Assembly: GCA_964106645.2 (NCBI GenBank)
Contig: OZ078259.1
Length of the DNA: 64,000 nt
From: Podarcis pityusensis
Lineage: Eukaryota
Direction: 5' to 3' (one strand)
Below are positions 63,301 to 64,000 of the stretch, piece by piece. Each line of letters begins with the position of its first letter. Within the stretch, counting starts at the first letter, position 1. The position numbers were made by a program, and so were the translations under genes. The notes beneath the pieces were generated by a model that did no database searches, had not been told where the DNA came from, and saw nothing but the letters and a program-made list of their open reading frames with translations.

Positions 63301-64000
63301 TGATGTGCATGGTATGATGGTGGGAGTTAGGGAGTGTTTATGAGGGGGGTGGAGTAGATCTGGGATCTGGATATTGTAAATAAGATTAAGCCTCTTTCAA
63401 CAGACTTTTGGCACAAACAGCTAACAACCCACCTCCATCTCACAACGCTGGGAAACAAAATTGTGCAACCTGATCTGGCAATTACCTCCATAGGAGAGAT
63501 TCTATTCCATCCACAGGGCACCTGTCCATTCATTTAAGTTGGGAGTCAACTCTATGAGCCCATTTTTTTGCATGTGAAAGAATTTATTATCAAGCTTCCC
63601 TATTGAGTTGAACCACACAGAAACTGGGTTCTGATTGGTGATGCAGGTTGCTTTTAAATCAAGATTGCTGTTGTTGTTCCCAGGATCCTCAATGATTTAT
63701 TGAATCTAAAGTGAAATATGTGTGGTTTGTTAGCTCCACAGTAATACCTTGGGCAGACAAGTCTCTAATGTTCTGAATAATATATGGTAATTCTATGTCA
63801 CAATTGGGATTCCCGAACATATTCCCATTATATTTACAGGGATACAAAATATGTCATTGCTTGGGGTGGAATTACGTGTTCTGGTAGACATGGGAATACC
63901 AGAAAAAAATGGCATCAAGTCCATCCACTTTCAAGTGAAATGTCACTTTCAGCAGTGCCCCTGGATCTCCTGTAACATTTTGTCTTCAATATTATTTCTC

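Overview
Non-coding, AT-rich vertebrate genomic DNA from a squamate reptile, most likely a lacertid lizard. This rests on full-length Sauria SINEs and other lizard-type SINEs and MITEs. No host protein-coding gene can be identified, and the ORF track is essentially spurious or transposon-derived. The window looks like part of a very long intron or gene desert. It alternates between repeat-free blocks rich in homeodomain and PBX-HOX motifs (candidate conserved non-coding elements) and a dense transposon fossil record: Sauria SINEs with TSDs, tRNA/CR1-tailed SINEs, CR1/L2/L1 LINE fragments, hAT, Harbinger-like, Tc2-like and Tigger/pogo-like MITEs, a solo LTR and a DIRS/Ngaro-like terminal repeat. 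The most notable observations are five. (1) A young 1.19-kb Tigger-like MITE has an interior built almost entirely of nested hairpins and palindromic arrays. (2) Related MITEs share one scaffold but have a subterminal repeat motif swapped in concert at every position. (3) A ~310-nt multi-hairpin RNA domain sits inside the DIRS-like repeat. (4) Three plus-strand YAG|GTAA candidate recursive-splice sites lie ~11 kb apart. (5) SINE heads carry a tRNA-Ile GAT anticodon, possibly a fossil of inosine-34. Family names come from pattern recognition, not database searches, and boundaries of old repeats are approximate.
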